Under the pieces are notes generated by a model, which was not told where the DNA came from, searched no databases, and saw only the letters and a list, made by a program, of their open reading frames with translations. Of a stretch of DNA of 64,000 bases, positions 18,989-28,699 are shown piece after piece (position 1 is the stretch's first letter; every line of letters begins with the position of its first letter). The translations under genes and the position numbers were made by a program. Source of the DNA: Acidimicrobiales bacterium (GTDB taxonomy: Bacteria; Actinomycetota; Acidimicrobiia; Acidimicrobiales; Salinilacustritrichaceae); NCBI GenBank assembly GCA_041618235.1, contig JBFJNI010000003.1, positions 7,253 to 71,252 of the forward strand, read 5' to 3'.

Positions 18989-20101
18989 ATGAAGGTGCTG
19001 GTCGTCGACGACGACCCCATCATCCGAGCCCTGCACATCGCGATCCTCGAACGAGCGGAGTTCGAGGTCGTGGCCGTCGCCGACGGCCCATCGGCACTCG
19101 CGACGGTCGAAGCCGGTGGGGTCGAGCTCGTGCTGCTCGACTCGCGCATGCCGGGGATGTCGGGCATCGAGGTCCTCGGCGAGCTGCGCGCCTCCGGGTT
19201 CTCGCTTCCGGTGATCCTGGTGACAGGAGCCGCCGAGACCCACGATCGGGTCGAGGGCCTCGAGAGCGGTGCCGACGACTACATCACCAAGCCGGTCGAC
19301 TCGCGCGAGCTGCTCGCCCGGGTGCGAGCACTCGTCCGGAGCCGTCAGGCGGCCGTGGACGCGATGTCGGCACCAGGACCGGACGACGTGGCCATCCGCG
19401 CCGTCATCCTCGACGCGATCGAGCGGAAGCAGTACCACCCCGTCTTCCAGCCGATCGTCGACCTGGAGACGCGCTCCGTCGTGGCGTTCGAGGCGCTGAC
19501 CCGCTTCGATGACGGCTGTCGCCCGGACCTCCGGTTCGGAGAGGCCGAGCGCGTCGGGCTCGGAGACGAGCTGGCCCTCGCCACGCTCGCCGCATCGATC
19601 CGCGAGGCGGTCGAGCTGCCACCCGCCGTCGCCCTGCACCTGAACGTGTCGCCGCAGCTCCTGACCAACTCCGATCTGGTGACCCTCCTCGCGTCGGCCG
19701 ATCGCCCGATCGTCGTCGAGCTCACCGAGCACGATCCCATCGATGACTACGACGCGGCGATCTCGCAGCTCGCGGCACTGGGAGACGACATCCGCCTGGC
19801 CATCGACGACGCCGGTGCCGGCTACTCGAGCATGACCCACATCCTCGCCCTGCGGCCCCACGAGGTGAAGCTCGATCGGGAATGGGTGCGAGGCGTCGAC
19901 GTCGACGTCGCCCGCCAGGCGCTCATCGCCGGCCTCGTCACGTTCGCAACGGCCACCGAGACGGTGCTCGTGGCCGAGGGGGTCGAGACCGAGTCCGAGG
20001 CGGCGATGCTCACCGGTCTCGGTGTCGGCCACGCGCAGGGGTACCACCTCGGCCGCCCCAGCCCGACCGAGGCGTGGCGGCCGGGAGTCGCCGCCGCCTG
20101 A
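18989..20101 (+). CDS. REC-EAL response regulator / c-di-GMP phosphodiesterase
   Basis: VLVVDD...LLD...TG...KP; FQPIV, EALTR, LNVS, ELTE, IDDAGAGYSS, VKLDR, AEGVE and QGY. Confidence 0.92.
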   Translation: MKVLVVDDDPIIRALHIAILERAEFEVVAVADGPSALATVEAGGVELVLLDSRMPGMSGIEVLGELRASGFSLPVILVTGAAETHDRVEGLESGADDYITKPVDSRELLARVRALVRSRQAAVDAMSAPGPDDVAIRAVILDAIERKQYHPVFQPIVDLETRSVVAFEALTRFDDGCRPDLRFGEAERVGLGDELALATLAASIREAVELPPAVALHLNVSPQLLTNSDLVTLLASADRPIVVELTEHDPIDDYDAAISQLAALGDDIRLAIDDAGAGYSSMTHILALRPHEVKLDREWVRGVDVDVARQALIAGLVTFATATETVLVAEGVETESEAAMLTGLGVGHAQGYHLGRPSPTEAWRPGVAAA

Positions 20102-20124
20102 AGGGTCCGGCATAGGGTCGGCAG

Positions 20125-20985
20125 ATGACCGACGTCGAGGACACACCCCCCACGGTCGAGCGGATGCTCGCACTCCTCGACGTCGAGCGGCTCGACCGCG
20201 ATCTCTATCGATCGCCCGAGGTCTCCTCGCATCATCCGAAGGGCATGCGTCTCTTCGGTGGGCAGGTCGCCGCCCAGGCGCTGCGGGCGGCCACGCTGTC
20301 GGTCGACGCCGACCACCACCCGCACTCGCTCCACGGCTACTTCCTGCGGCCGGGCTCGCCCGACGGTCCGCTGATCCTCCACGTCGACCGCATCCGCGAG
20401 GGCTCGTCGTTCACGACCCGCCGCGTCGTCGCTCGCCAGGAGGGCGAGGCGATCTTCAACCTGTCGTGCTCGTTCCACAAGGACGAGGACGGCCCCGACT
20501 ACGTCCCCTCCATGCCCGAGGGCATCCCCGACCCCGACGACGACCGCGCCGACTGGGACGAGACGATGTTCGCCGAGTTCAACAAGCGTTCGCCGTTCGA
20601 GATGCGCGAGCTCAAGATGGAGCCGCGTGACGAGCGCGGCCACCTCACCTCGACGCGCCGCATCTGGATCCGCACCCGTGGTCCGCTCCCGGCCGACCGC
20701 TCGCTGCAGGCGTGCGTGGCGACCTTCGTGTCGGATATGGGTGCGGTCTTCGCCGCAGCGCGCGCGGTGGGTGCGGCACCTGGGACGATGATGGCGGCGA
20801 GCTTGGACCATGCGATGTGGTTCCACCGCCCGTTGGCGCTCGACGAATGGGTGCTCTACGACCTGGCCCCCGTGTCGAACGGTGGCGCGCGAGGTCTCGT
20901 GCGCGGGGCGATGTACGGACGTGACGGATCGATCGGGGTGTCCGTCAGTCAGGAGGCGCTCGTCCGCCCGCTGCGGACCTCGTGA
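20125..20985 (+). CDS. tesB: Acyl-CoA thioesterase II
   Basis: LFGGQVAAQ, HSLHGYFLRPG, SFTTRRV and SLDHAMWFH. Confidence 0.92.
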   Translation: MTDVEDTPPTVERMLALLDVERLDRDLYRSPEVSSHHPKGMRLFGGQVAAQALRAATLSVDADHHPHSLHGYFLRPGSPDGPLILHVDRIREGSSFTTRRVVARQEGEAIFNLSCSFHKDEDGPDYVPSMPEGIPDPDDDRADWDETMFAEFNKRSPFEMRELKMEPRDERGHLTSTRRIWIRTRGPLPADRSLQACVATFVSDMGAVFAAARAVGAAPGTMMAASLDHAMWFHRPLALDEWVLYDLAPVSNGGARGLVRGAMYGRDGSIGVSVSQEALVRPLRTS

Positions 20986-21022
20986 CTGGCCCCGCGGCCG
21001 AGGTTGTCCGTACCGTCTCGCG

Positions 21023-21412
21023 ATGCGCCGACTTCCGCCCGACTCCGCCCTCGTCCTCGGCGGTGCCCTGCTGCTGGCCCTGGGCGCGTGTGGTGACGAC
21101 GACGCCGCACCGACCGCCGACGCTGGACCGGCCGACAGCAGCGTCACGGTGCTGGCACGGGACATCGACTTCGACGCCGACGCGTACGAGGTGGAAGCGG
21201 GTGCGGTCGAGTTCGTCTACGAGAACGAGGGCGACATCCCGCACACCCTCGTGATCGACGGTGTGCCCATGGAGCTCACCGTTCGCACGCGCGGTGATGT
21301 CGACCGCGGCGTCGTCGACCTCGAGCCCGGCGAGTACACGGTCTACTGCGACGTCCCCGGCCACCGACCGGCCGGCATGGTGGCGACCCTCACCGTGAGC
21401 GACCCGACCTGA
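21023..21412 (+). CDS. Cupredoxin (plastocyanin/azurin-like) lipoprotein
   Basis: Lipobox LGAC; type-1 Cu ligands PHT...YCDVPGHRPAGM. Confidence 0.85.
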   Translation: MRRLPPDSALVLGGALLLALGACGDDDAAPTADAGPADSSVTVLARDIDFDADAYEVEAGAVEFVYENEGDIPHTLVIDGVPMELTVRTRGDVDRGVVDLEPGEYTVYCDVPGHRPAGMVATLTVSDPT

Positions 21413-22848
21413 TGCCCGTTGCCGACGCCGCGCCCGAGCCAGCACGTTCGGCCGCCGAGGCGTCGTCGTACGGCCGCTTCGACATCCGGCGCGTCACCGG
21501 TACCGCTCCTGCGCTGCCGCTCCTGGTGCTCTTCGGCCTCAACGCCGTCGACGAGCTCGACCGCACCGCGTTCGGCGTTCTCGCGCCCGACATCCGCGAT
21601 CACTTCGGTCTCTCCAACCAGGGGATCCTGTCGGTCATCACCGCGTTCTCGCTGGTCGTCCTGCTCCTCGGGTTGCCCATCGCGCATCAAGCCGATCGAC
21701 GCAACCGGCTCCAGATGGCTCGTGGTGGCGCGCTCGCCTGGGCGGGCTTCAGTGTGCTCACCGGTCTGGCACCGGCGATCGGCGTCCTCCTGATCGCTCG
21801 GATCGGTTCAGGCCTCGGCAAGGCGGTCAACGATCCGACGCACAACAGCCTGCTGGCCGACTACTACCCGCCCGACACGAGAGCTCGGGTCTACTACGCC
21901 CACAAGATGGCCAACACGGTCGGTCAGTTCATCGGGCCGGCCACCGCCGGCGTGCTGGCGACGCTGTTCACCTGGCGCACCCCGTTCCTCGTGTTCGCCG
22001 TACCCACCGTGGTGTTCGTTGCGCTCGCGCTGCGCCTGGAGGAGCCGTCGCGCGGCATCTGGGACCGCCGCACGGCCGGTGTCGAGGCGGCGGCCGAGGA
22101 TCTGGCGGAGGAGCCGCTTCCGTTCCGGCAGGCCTTCAAGATGCTCTGGGGCATCCGCAGCCTCCGGCGGGTCTTCTACGCACTGCCGTTCCTGTCGGCC
22201 AGCCTGATCGGACTGGCCGCGCTGATGAGCCTCTTCTGGGAAGAGATCTACGGGTTCTCGGCTGCCGAACGTGGGTTCCTCGAGTCGGCGTCCGAAGCGT
22301 TCCAGCTCGGGGGCATCGCCCTCGGCGCAGTGTTCGTCCAGCGCCGGCTGTCGGTGAACCCGGCGTCGGTGAACCGTCTGCTCGCGATCGCCGCGGTGGC
22401 CGCGGCCGGAGGCATCGCGCTGATGGCGCTGTCGCCCGTCGTGCTCGGTTCGATCGTGGGGCGCATCTTCTTCGCCGTCGTCGCGGTCTCGCTCATCCCA
22501 GGCATCTACGCCGTCGGCTCGCTGGTGTTGCCGGCCCGGGCGCGTGCGCTGGGGTTCTCGGCCGCCGGGATCTTCGGGCTTCCGGGCGTGTTGTTCCTCC
22601 CGGTCGCGGGGGGCATCGGCGACACCTACGGCCTACGGGCCGGGATGCTCGCGCTCATCCCCGTCTACCTGATCGGGGCGTTCATCCTCGGCTCGTCCGG
22701 GAACTTCGTGAACGCCGACATCGCCGCCAACCAACAGGCCACCCGCGCCGCCGCCGAGCGTTCGCTCGAACGTTCCCTCGGCGTTACGCGTGAGGAACGC
22801 CCCGCAGGACAGGGAGCGCAGGGGGAGCCGGGAGACGGGCGGTCGTAG
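21412..22848 (+). CDS. MFS transporter
   Basis: About 12 TM segments, ADRRNR, LLADYYP...RAR. Confidence 0.88.
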   Translation: MPVADAAPEPARSAAEASSYGRFDIRRVTGTAPALPLLVLFGLNAVDELDRTAFGVLAPDIRDHFGLSNQGILSVITAFSLVVLLLGLPIAHQADRRNRLQMARGGALAWAGFSVLTGLAPAIGVLLIARIGSGLGKAVNDPTHNSLLADYYPPDTRARVYYAHKMANTVGQFIGPATAGVLATLFTWRTPFLVFAVPTVVFVALALRLEEPSRGIWDRRTAGVEAAAEDLAEEPLPFRQAFKMLWGIRSLRRVFYALPFLSASLIGLAALMSLFWEEIYGFSAAERGFLESASEAFQLGGIALGAVFVQRRLSVNPASVNRLLAIAAVAAAGGIALMALSPVVLGSIVGRIFFAVVAVSLIPGIYAVGSLVLPARARALGFSAAGIFGLPGVLFLPVAGGIGDTYGLRAGMLALIPVYLIGAFILGSSGNFVNADIAANQQATRAAAERSLERSLGVTREERPAGQGAQGEPGDGRS

Positions 22849-23029
22849 TCACTCGCCGAAGCCGATCCCGGGCGCACCCCGCTCGGGATCATCGGAGGTG
22901 GCGTGCAGCTGCGCGGTCACGAGCGGAGAGGGACGACACACCTCGGCGGGGTGCGCGCCGTCGGGAAGCTCGAATCGGCGGACCGGTTCGGGTGCTCGAT
23001 GTCCGGTGGCGGCTGCGCCGGTCCGTCGC

Positions 23030-23437
23030 TCACGCCACCGCATGGGTCTGCTCCTCGCGGCAGAAGGCGCAGCGCCGAGCAGCAGCCGGGATGGTCGAAA
23101 GGCAGGCCTCGCACGTCGCCGTGGGGTCGGCGTCGGCCTCGAGCACGGCCTCATAGGCCCGCTTCGGTCGAACCACCGCGAGGAACACGGTGATCGCCAC
23201 GAGCAGGAAGGCGAGCAGGTCGTTGAGGAACCGGCCGTAGAAGAACTCGCCACCTCGGAAGCTGAACGACAGACCGCCGAAGTCGAACTCGCCGAAGATC
23301 GAGAGCAACGGGCTCACGAGGTTGTCGACCAGCGACTTGATGACCGTGCCGAACGCGACGCCGAGGACCACGCCGATGGCGAGATCCAGCGCCCGGGCCG
23401 TGAACAGGTAGTGACGGAAGTCGCGCAGCAGTCCCAT
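23030..23437 (-). CDS. mscL: Large-conductance mechanosensitive channel with C-terminal CxxC...CxxC
   Basis: LDLAIGVVLGVAFGTVIKSLVDNL, YGRFLN..LAF, CEAC...RCAFC. Confidence 0.85.
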   Translation of the reverse strand: MGLLRDFRHYLFTARALDLAIGVVLGVAFGTVIKSLVDNLVSPLLSIFGEFDFGGLSFSFRGGEFFYGRFLNDLLAFLLVAITVFLAVVRPKRAYEAVLEADADPTATCEACLSTIPAAARRCAFCREEQTHAVA

Positions 23438-23504
23438 GGTCTCTCCGCTTCGGTGAGGTGTTCCGACAACCTAGGACTTCGGCCTCGGTACGCTCCCGGG
23501 CCGC

Positions 23505-24605
23505 ATGACCTCCACCACCGCGACCGCCATGGTGCTCGAGGCACCCCACCAACTCGCCCGGCGGTCGTTCCCCCGCCCCGAGGTCGACGACCACGACGCG
23601 GTGCTGCGCATCGAGGCCTGTGGCCTGTGCGGTACGGATCACGAGCAGTACTCGGGTGCGCTCCCGGCCGGGGCCGCGGTGATCCCCGGCCACGAGGCGG
23701 TCGGGATCATCGAGGAGATCGGCGCCGCCGCGTCGGAACGCTGGGGCGTCGCCGCCGGCGACCGGGTGGCGGTCGAGGTCTTCCAGTCGTGTCGGACCTG
23801 CGACGCCTGCGCGTCCGGGGAGTACCGCCGGTGCGAGTCCCACGGCATCGGCGACATGTACGGGTTCATCCCCGTGGAGAAGGCACCCGGGCTCTGGGGT
23901 GGCTACGCGACGCACCAGTACCTCGGTGCGGACTCGATGGTGCTCCCGATCCCCGACGGACTCGATCCCGTGCTGGCCACGATGTTCAACCCCCTCGGCG
24001 CGGGCATCCGGTGGGGCGTCACCGTGCCGGGGACGGCGCCGGGTGACGTGGTCGCCGTCCTCGGGCCCGGCATCCGCGGGCTGTGTTCCCTGGTCGCGGC
24101 GAAGGACGCCGGCGCGGGCTTCGTCATGGTCACCGGGTACGGACCGCGCGACGCCGAGCGGTTGGCCATCGCCTCAGCGCTCGGCGCGGACCTCACGGTC
24201 GATGTCGCCGAGCACGATCCGGTCCGAGCGCTGCGCGCCGCCACCGGCGGCCGTCTCGCGGACGTGGTCGTCGACGTGACCGCGAAGGCGCCGGCGGCGT
24301 TCGCGCAGGCGATCAAGCTCGCCACGACCGGCGGCACCGTCGTCGTCGCCGGGACGCGAGGGACCCCCGACGTCCCCGGCTTCCACCCCGACCATGTCGT
24401 CTACAAGGAGCTCCGGATCATCGGTGCGCTCGGCGTCGACGTCACGGCCTACGCCGCAGCCATCGCGCTGCTGGCGTCGGGTCGCATCGACTTCGCCGGT
24501 CTGCCGCGGGAGGTCGTGGGCTTCGACGGCCTCGAGCGCCTGCTGCAGACGATGGCGGGCGAGTCCGATGGCATCCCGCCGGTGCACGGAGTGCTCGTTC
24601 CCTGA
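23505..24605 (+). CDS. Zinc-binding alcohol dehydrogenase (MDR family)
   Basis: CGLCGTD, GHEAVG, CxxCxxC...C and GPGIRG. Confidence 0.92.
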   Translation: MTSTTATAMVLEAPHQLARRSFPRPEVDDHDAVLRIEACGLCGTDHEQYSGALPAGAAVIPGHEAVGIIEEIGAAASERWGVAAGDRVAVEVFQSCRTCDACASGEYRRCESHGIGDMYGFIPVEKAPGLWGGYATHQYLGADSMVLPIPDGLDPVLATMFNPLGAGIRWGVTVPGTAPGDVVAVLGPGIRGLCSLVAAKDAGAGFVMVTGYGPRDAERLAIASALGADLTVDVAEHDPVRALRAATGGRLADVVVDVTAKAPAAFAQAIKLATTGGTVVVAGTRGTPDVPGFHPDHVVYKELRIIGALGVDVTAYAAAIALLASGRIDFAGLPREVVGFDGLERLLQTMAGESDGIPPVHGVLVP

Positions 24606-24611
24606 CGAGGA

Positions 24612-26537
24612 TCAGCGCGTCGCTGGTGAGGCCACGTAGTCATCGAGATCGGCGTGCCGCGTCATCGACCAGTAGTCGACGAGCCGGAACGGCGACACCG
24701 AGACCACCCGACCGTGGCGGTTCCGGTACCAGGTGCTCATGCCGGGATGGGTCCAGATCATGCGCTCGTGTGCCGCGTCGACATCGCGGACCCAACGGTC
24801 GTGCGGCTCGCGCCGACACTCGATCGCATCGATGTCGCGCTCGACCATCTGCACGATGGCATCGGTGATGTAGCGCGCCTGGGACTCGGCCTGGAACATG
24901 ATGCTGCCGCCGTGGCCGAGGTTGGTGTTGGGGCCGTACATGCAGAACAGGTTGGGGAACCCGGGGACCGTGATGCCGAGATACGCCGTCGGGTTGTCGT
25001 CGGCCCACGCCTCGTCGAGCCGCTGCCCGCCGCGCCCGAGGACACCGAGCCGGGCGGTGAGGTCGGTGACGTGGAAGCCGGTCGCATAGACGATCACGTC
25101 GGCCGGGTGATGGAGGCCGTCCTCGGTGACGATGCCGTCGGGAGTGATGCGTTCGATCGGTGACGTCACGAGATCGACGTCGGGGCGGGCGATGGTCTCG
25201 TACCAGCCGTTGTCGATGAGCATCCGCTTCCCGTAGGGCGGGTAGGTCGGCAGGCAGGCGTCGACCAGCTGGGGATGGTCGGCGAGCGAGGAGACGATGT
25301 GATCGGTGAGCTCCTGGCGGTGGCGATCGTTTCCCCGATTGAGCGAGCGCTCCGGATGGGGCCAGTCCGGGTCCTTGACCAGGAACGGCAGGAGGCCGTC
25401 GCCGTAGCGCCAGAGGAGCGTGAACCGGAACCACGCAGCGTAGAAGGGGACATGGTCGAGGAGCCACTGGGTGCCGGTGCTCACCTCGCGGTGGTACTCG
25501 GCGATGGGACGCACCCACTGCGCAGACCGCTGGAACACGTCGAGGTGCCCGGCTCGGTCGGCGATGGACGGGACGAGCTGCATCGACGTGGCGCCGGTGC
25601 CGATGACCGCGACGCGCCGACCGTCGAGGTCGAGATCGTCGGGCCAACGCGCCGAGTGGAACGCCGGTCCGACGAACGTCGACGCCCCCTCGAGATCGGG
25701 GATCGAGGGCAGGTTCATCTGCCCGATGGCACTGATCATGATGGCGGCGTCGAGTCGGTCGAGCTCGTCTCCGTCGCCGGAGCGAAGGTCCAGGTGCCAG
25801 GTGCACGACGCTTCGTCCCACCGGGCCCCGATGACCTCGGTGCCGAAGCGGATGTGGGGCGCGACCTCGTGTTCCACGGCGATGCGTTCGAGGTACCCGT
25901 GGATCTCGGATCGGGGTGAGAAGTACCGGCTCCACGGCTCCGGGGTGCCGAAGGAGAACGAGTAGGCGTGGTTCGGCGTGTCGACGCCGCATCCGGGGTA
26001 GCGGTTCTCGAACCACACCCCGCCGGCTCGCTCGTTCTTCTCGATGATGGTGAACGGGATGCCGAGTCGGGCGAGTTGGACCCCGATGGCGATGCCGGAG
26101 ACGCCGGCGCCGACGACGGCCACGTGGGGCAGCCCGCGGTCTCGCTTCGGGCCCTCGGCGCTCGACCAATCGACGAGGGCAGGCGCGAACCCGAGCTGAT
26201 CGCGCATCATCGGGACGTACGCCTCCTCGACCTGCTCGTCGAGGCAGACCCGCATCATCCGGAGCAGCGTGGTGTCGTCGGGCACAGCGATCGCGGGTTG
26301 CGGAATCCCCGAGCGGAGCAGGTCGACCGCGGCCGCTCGGACGTCGGCTTGTATCTCCGGCGGGAGGCCGGCGTGCTCGTCGGCCACGAGGCGCACGTCG
26401 CGGACCGGACGATGGGGCGGCTCGAGCCAGCACTCGTCGCCGGTGATCTGGAAGAGGCACAGGAGCAGCACGCGGAGATCGGCATCGGCGACGGCCGCCC
26501 GGATCGACGGCTCGTCCGGGTCGGCATGCGGATCCAT
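24612..26537 (-). CDS. Flavin-containing / Baeyer-Villiger monooxygenase (4-hydroxyacetophenone monooxygenase-like, with N-terminal extension)
   Basis: GAGVSG, WFENRYPG, FVGPAFHSARW, GTGATS and ATGF. Start chosen at ATG 26537. Confidence 0.9.
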   Translation of the reverse strand: MDPHADPDEPSIRAAVADADLRVLLLCLFQITGDECWLEPPHRPVRDVRLVADEHAGLPPEIQADVRAAAVDLLRSGIPQPAIAVPDDTTLLRMMRVCLDEQVEEAYVPMMRDQLGFAPALVDWSSAEGPKRDRGLPHVAVVGAGVSGIAIGVQLARLGIPFTIIEKNERAGGVWFENRYPGCGVDTPNHAYSFSFGTPEPWSRYFSPRSEIHGYLERIAVEHEVAPHIRFGTEVIGARWDEASCTWHLDLRSGDGDELDRLDAAIMISAIGQMNLPSIPDLEGASTFVGPAFHSARWPDDLDLDGRRVAVIGTGATSMQLVPSIADRAGHLDVFQRSAQWVRPIAEYHREVSTGTQWLLDHVPFYAAWFRFTLLWRYGDGLLPFLVKDPDWPHPERSLNRGNDRHRQELTDHIVSSLADHPQLVDACLPTYPPYGKRMLIDNGWYETIARPDVDLVTSPIERITPDGIVTEDGLHHPADVIVYATGFHVTDLTARLGVLGRGGQRLDEAWADDNPTAYLGITVPGFPNLFCMYGPNTNLGHGGSIMFQAESQARYITDAIVQMVERDIDAIECRREPHDRWVRDVDAAHERMIWTHPGMSTWYRNRHGRVVSVSPFRLVDYWSMTRHADLDDYVASPATR

Positions 26538-26641
26538 GGCCGGACGGTAGTTGGGCATCGCCCCGGCGGATCGGTTCCGGGATTCGAGGGCGGCGCCGAG
26601 CGGGGAGGAATCGGTGCCCGAATCCGACATATGCTCTCGGG

Positions 26642-28681
26642 GTGCCGCTCCAGACCACCTACGGCCTGACGGCACTTCTCGAGTGCAGCATGGCGCTACG
26701 GACGGTGGCCGATGGAGCGCAGAGCCTCGAGGAGGTCGGCAGACGGGTCGTCACCTACCTGCGCGAGCACTTCATCGACAAGGTCTCGGGTCAGTCGGCG
26801 CTCCCGCTGGTGCGCATGTACATCACGCAGCCGGTCGGTCAGCTCGAGCCCGCCTTGCGCGACTACGCCCTGGCCGCCGGTGTCGACGCCCGCAGCGGCC
26901 CCGACGTGCAGTGCCTGACCTTGCTCGCCACCGCCGGCGAGGAGGAAGCGTGGAACGATCGCCGCCGTTCGGTGGGCCACAAGGCGATTCCGCTCCCCAG
27001 CGTCGAAGCGCTCCATCGGATGCCGATGATCGCGCAGCTCATCGAGCAGCTCGGTCTCGATCCCCGGCACGTGGTCGATCCTGATCCCGAGCTCTTCCAC
27101 GATCTCGACGAACGGTCGTACAACGTCTTCTACGTCGCCGACGCCCGAGAGCATCCATCGATCCCGGCGCAGGCCGATTTCGTCATCCCGTACGGCATCC
27201 GGTCGATGGTCGGATTCGGCGGCGTGCTGCCCGACGGCATGCTGCTCGCCGTCGTGCTGTTCTCCCGGGTCCCGATCCCGCCCAGCGCCGTCGGCGCGTT
27301 CGCCGCTGCTGCGCTCAGCACGAAGATCGCCGCGCTGCCGCTGATGGGCGAGACCGTCTTCGATGGTCATCCGCCCGCGTCGGCATCGCCCGACGAGGCG
27401 AGACTTCGCGAAGCACAGCGCATCGAGTCGAGGGCGACGGCGCTCGGCCAGTTGCTCGACGTCCGCTACTCGATGGTCATGGCCGAGGCCTCGCGGCTCG
27501 AGAACCTGCTGTCGCGGGCCGAAGACCGTGCGTCCGAGCTGGCGGCCTCGCGCCAGGCGTTGGCGGTGAGCGAGGCTCGCAAGACCGCGATCGTCGAGGG
27601 CGCGCTGGACTGCGTCATCGGCATGGATGCGTCGGGTCGGATCACCGACTTCAACCAGGCGGCCGAGCGGACGTTCGGATACGAGCGGTCGGCGGTCATC
27701 GGGGAGATGCTGGCCGACGTGCTCGTCCCCACCACGATGCGCGAACGCCACCGTCTGGGGATCGCCCACCTACGTGAGACCGGCGAAGGGCCCATCATCG
27801 GTCGCCGGATCGAGGTCAACGCCCTGCACGCCGACGGTCACGAGTTCCCCGTCGAGCTCACGGTGACCCAGCTCGCCGACGTCGATCCTCCGCAGTTCAC
27901 CGGCTACCTCCGGGACCTGTCGGCGCAGCGACGGGCCGCGGCCGACCTGGCGGCGAGCCACGAGCGCCTGGCCCACATCGCCCGCACCCTCCAGACCAGC
28001 CTGTTGCCCCCCAGCCTTCCCGAGGTCGACGGGCTGGAGCTCGCCGCGGCGTTCCACGCAATGGGTGACGGCTTCGACGTGGGCGGCGACTTCTACGACG
28101 CGTTCGAGCTCAAGGACGGGCGATGGGCGTTCACGCTGGGAGACGTGTGCGGCAAGGGGAGCGAGGCGGCCGCCATCACCGCCCTTGCTCGCTACACCAT
28201 CCGGGCAGCGGCGATGCGCAGCCGCAACGTCACCACGGTGATGCAGTCGGTCAACGAGGCGATCCACCGGAACGATCCGAGCCGGTTCTGCACCGCGGCA
28301 TATGCCGCCGTCGGCGCCGACGCGACCGACTTGTCCTTGGTGCTCGGCGGCCACCCGCAGCCGTTGCTGTTGCGGGCCGACGGCACGGTGGAGTTCGTCG
28401 GCGCTCATGGTCCGCTGCTGGGGACCTTCCCGACCTGGACGGGTCGGGCGTCGGTCATCCCGTTCCACCCGGGCGACCTGCTCCTCCTCTACAGCGACGG
28501 GATCACCGAGGCTCGCTCTGGTGACGAGTTCTACGGCGAGGATCGACTCGTCGAGACGCTCCGAGGTGCCCACGGTCTGGACGCCGCCGAGGTCGTCCGG
28601 CGCATCGAGTCGTCGGTGCTCGACTTCGCCGGCATCCTGTCCGACGACGTGACGATGCTGGCCGTACGCTCCGTCGGGTGA
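26642..28681 (+). CDS. PP2C/SpoIIE (RsbU-like) phosphatase with an unassigned N-terminal domain and a PAS domain
   Basis: PAS (FNQAAERTFGY, FPVELTV); PP2C motifs GGDFYD, GDVCGKG, YSDGITE and DDVT. Confidence 0.9.
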   Translation: MPLQTTYGLTALLECSMALRTVADGAQSLEEVGRRVVTYLREHFIDKVSGQSALPLVRMYITQPVGQLEPALRDYALAAGVDARSGPDVQCLTLLATAGEEEAWNDRRRSVGHKAIPLPSVEALHRMPMIAQLIEQLGLDPRHVVDPDPELFHDLDERSYNVFYVADAREHPSIPAQADFVIPYGIRSMVGFGGVLPDGMLLAVVLFSRVPIPPSAVGAFAAAALSTKIAALPLMGETVFDGHPPASASPDEARLREAQRIESRATALGQLLDVRYSMVMAEASRLENLLSRAEDRASELAASRQALAVSEARKTAIVEGALDCVIGMDASGRITDFNQAAERTFGYERSAVIGEMLADVLVPTTMRERHRLGIAHLRETGEGPIIGRRIEVNALHADGHEFPVELTVTQLADVDPPQFTGYLRDLSAQRRAAADLAASHERLAHIARTLQTSLLPPSLPEVDGLELAAAFHAMGDGFDVGGDFYDAFELKDGRWAFTLGDVCGKGSEAAAITALARYTIRAAAMRSRNVTTVMQSVNEAIHRNDPSRFCTAAYAAVGADATDLSLVLGGHPQPLLLRADGTVEFVGAHGPLLGTFPTWTGRASVIPFHPGDLLLLYSDGITEARSGDEFYGEDRLVETLRGAHGLDAAEVVRRIESSVLDFAGILSDDVTMLAVRSVG

Positions 28682-28699
28682 CGGCGGCTGCGCACCGGG

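Noticed and set aside
22917-23033. 38-codon ORF starting at a GTGA overlap with the mscL stop
   Set aside because: No motif or compositional support; it could simply be convergent-gene spacer.
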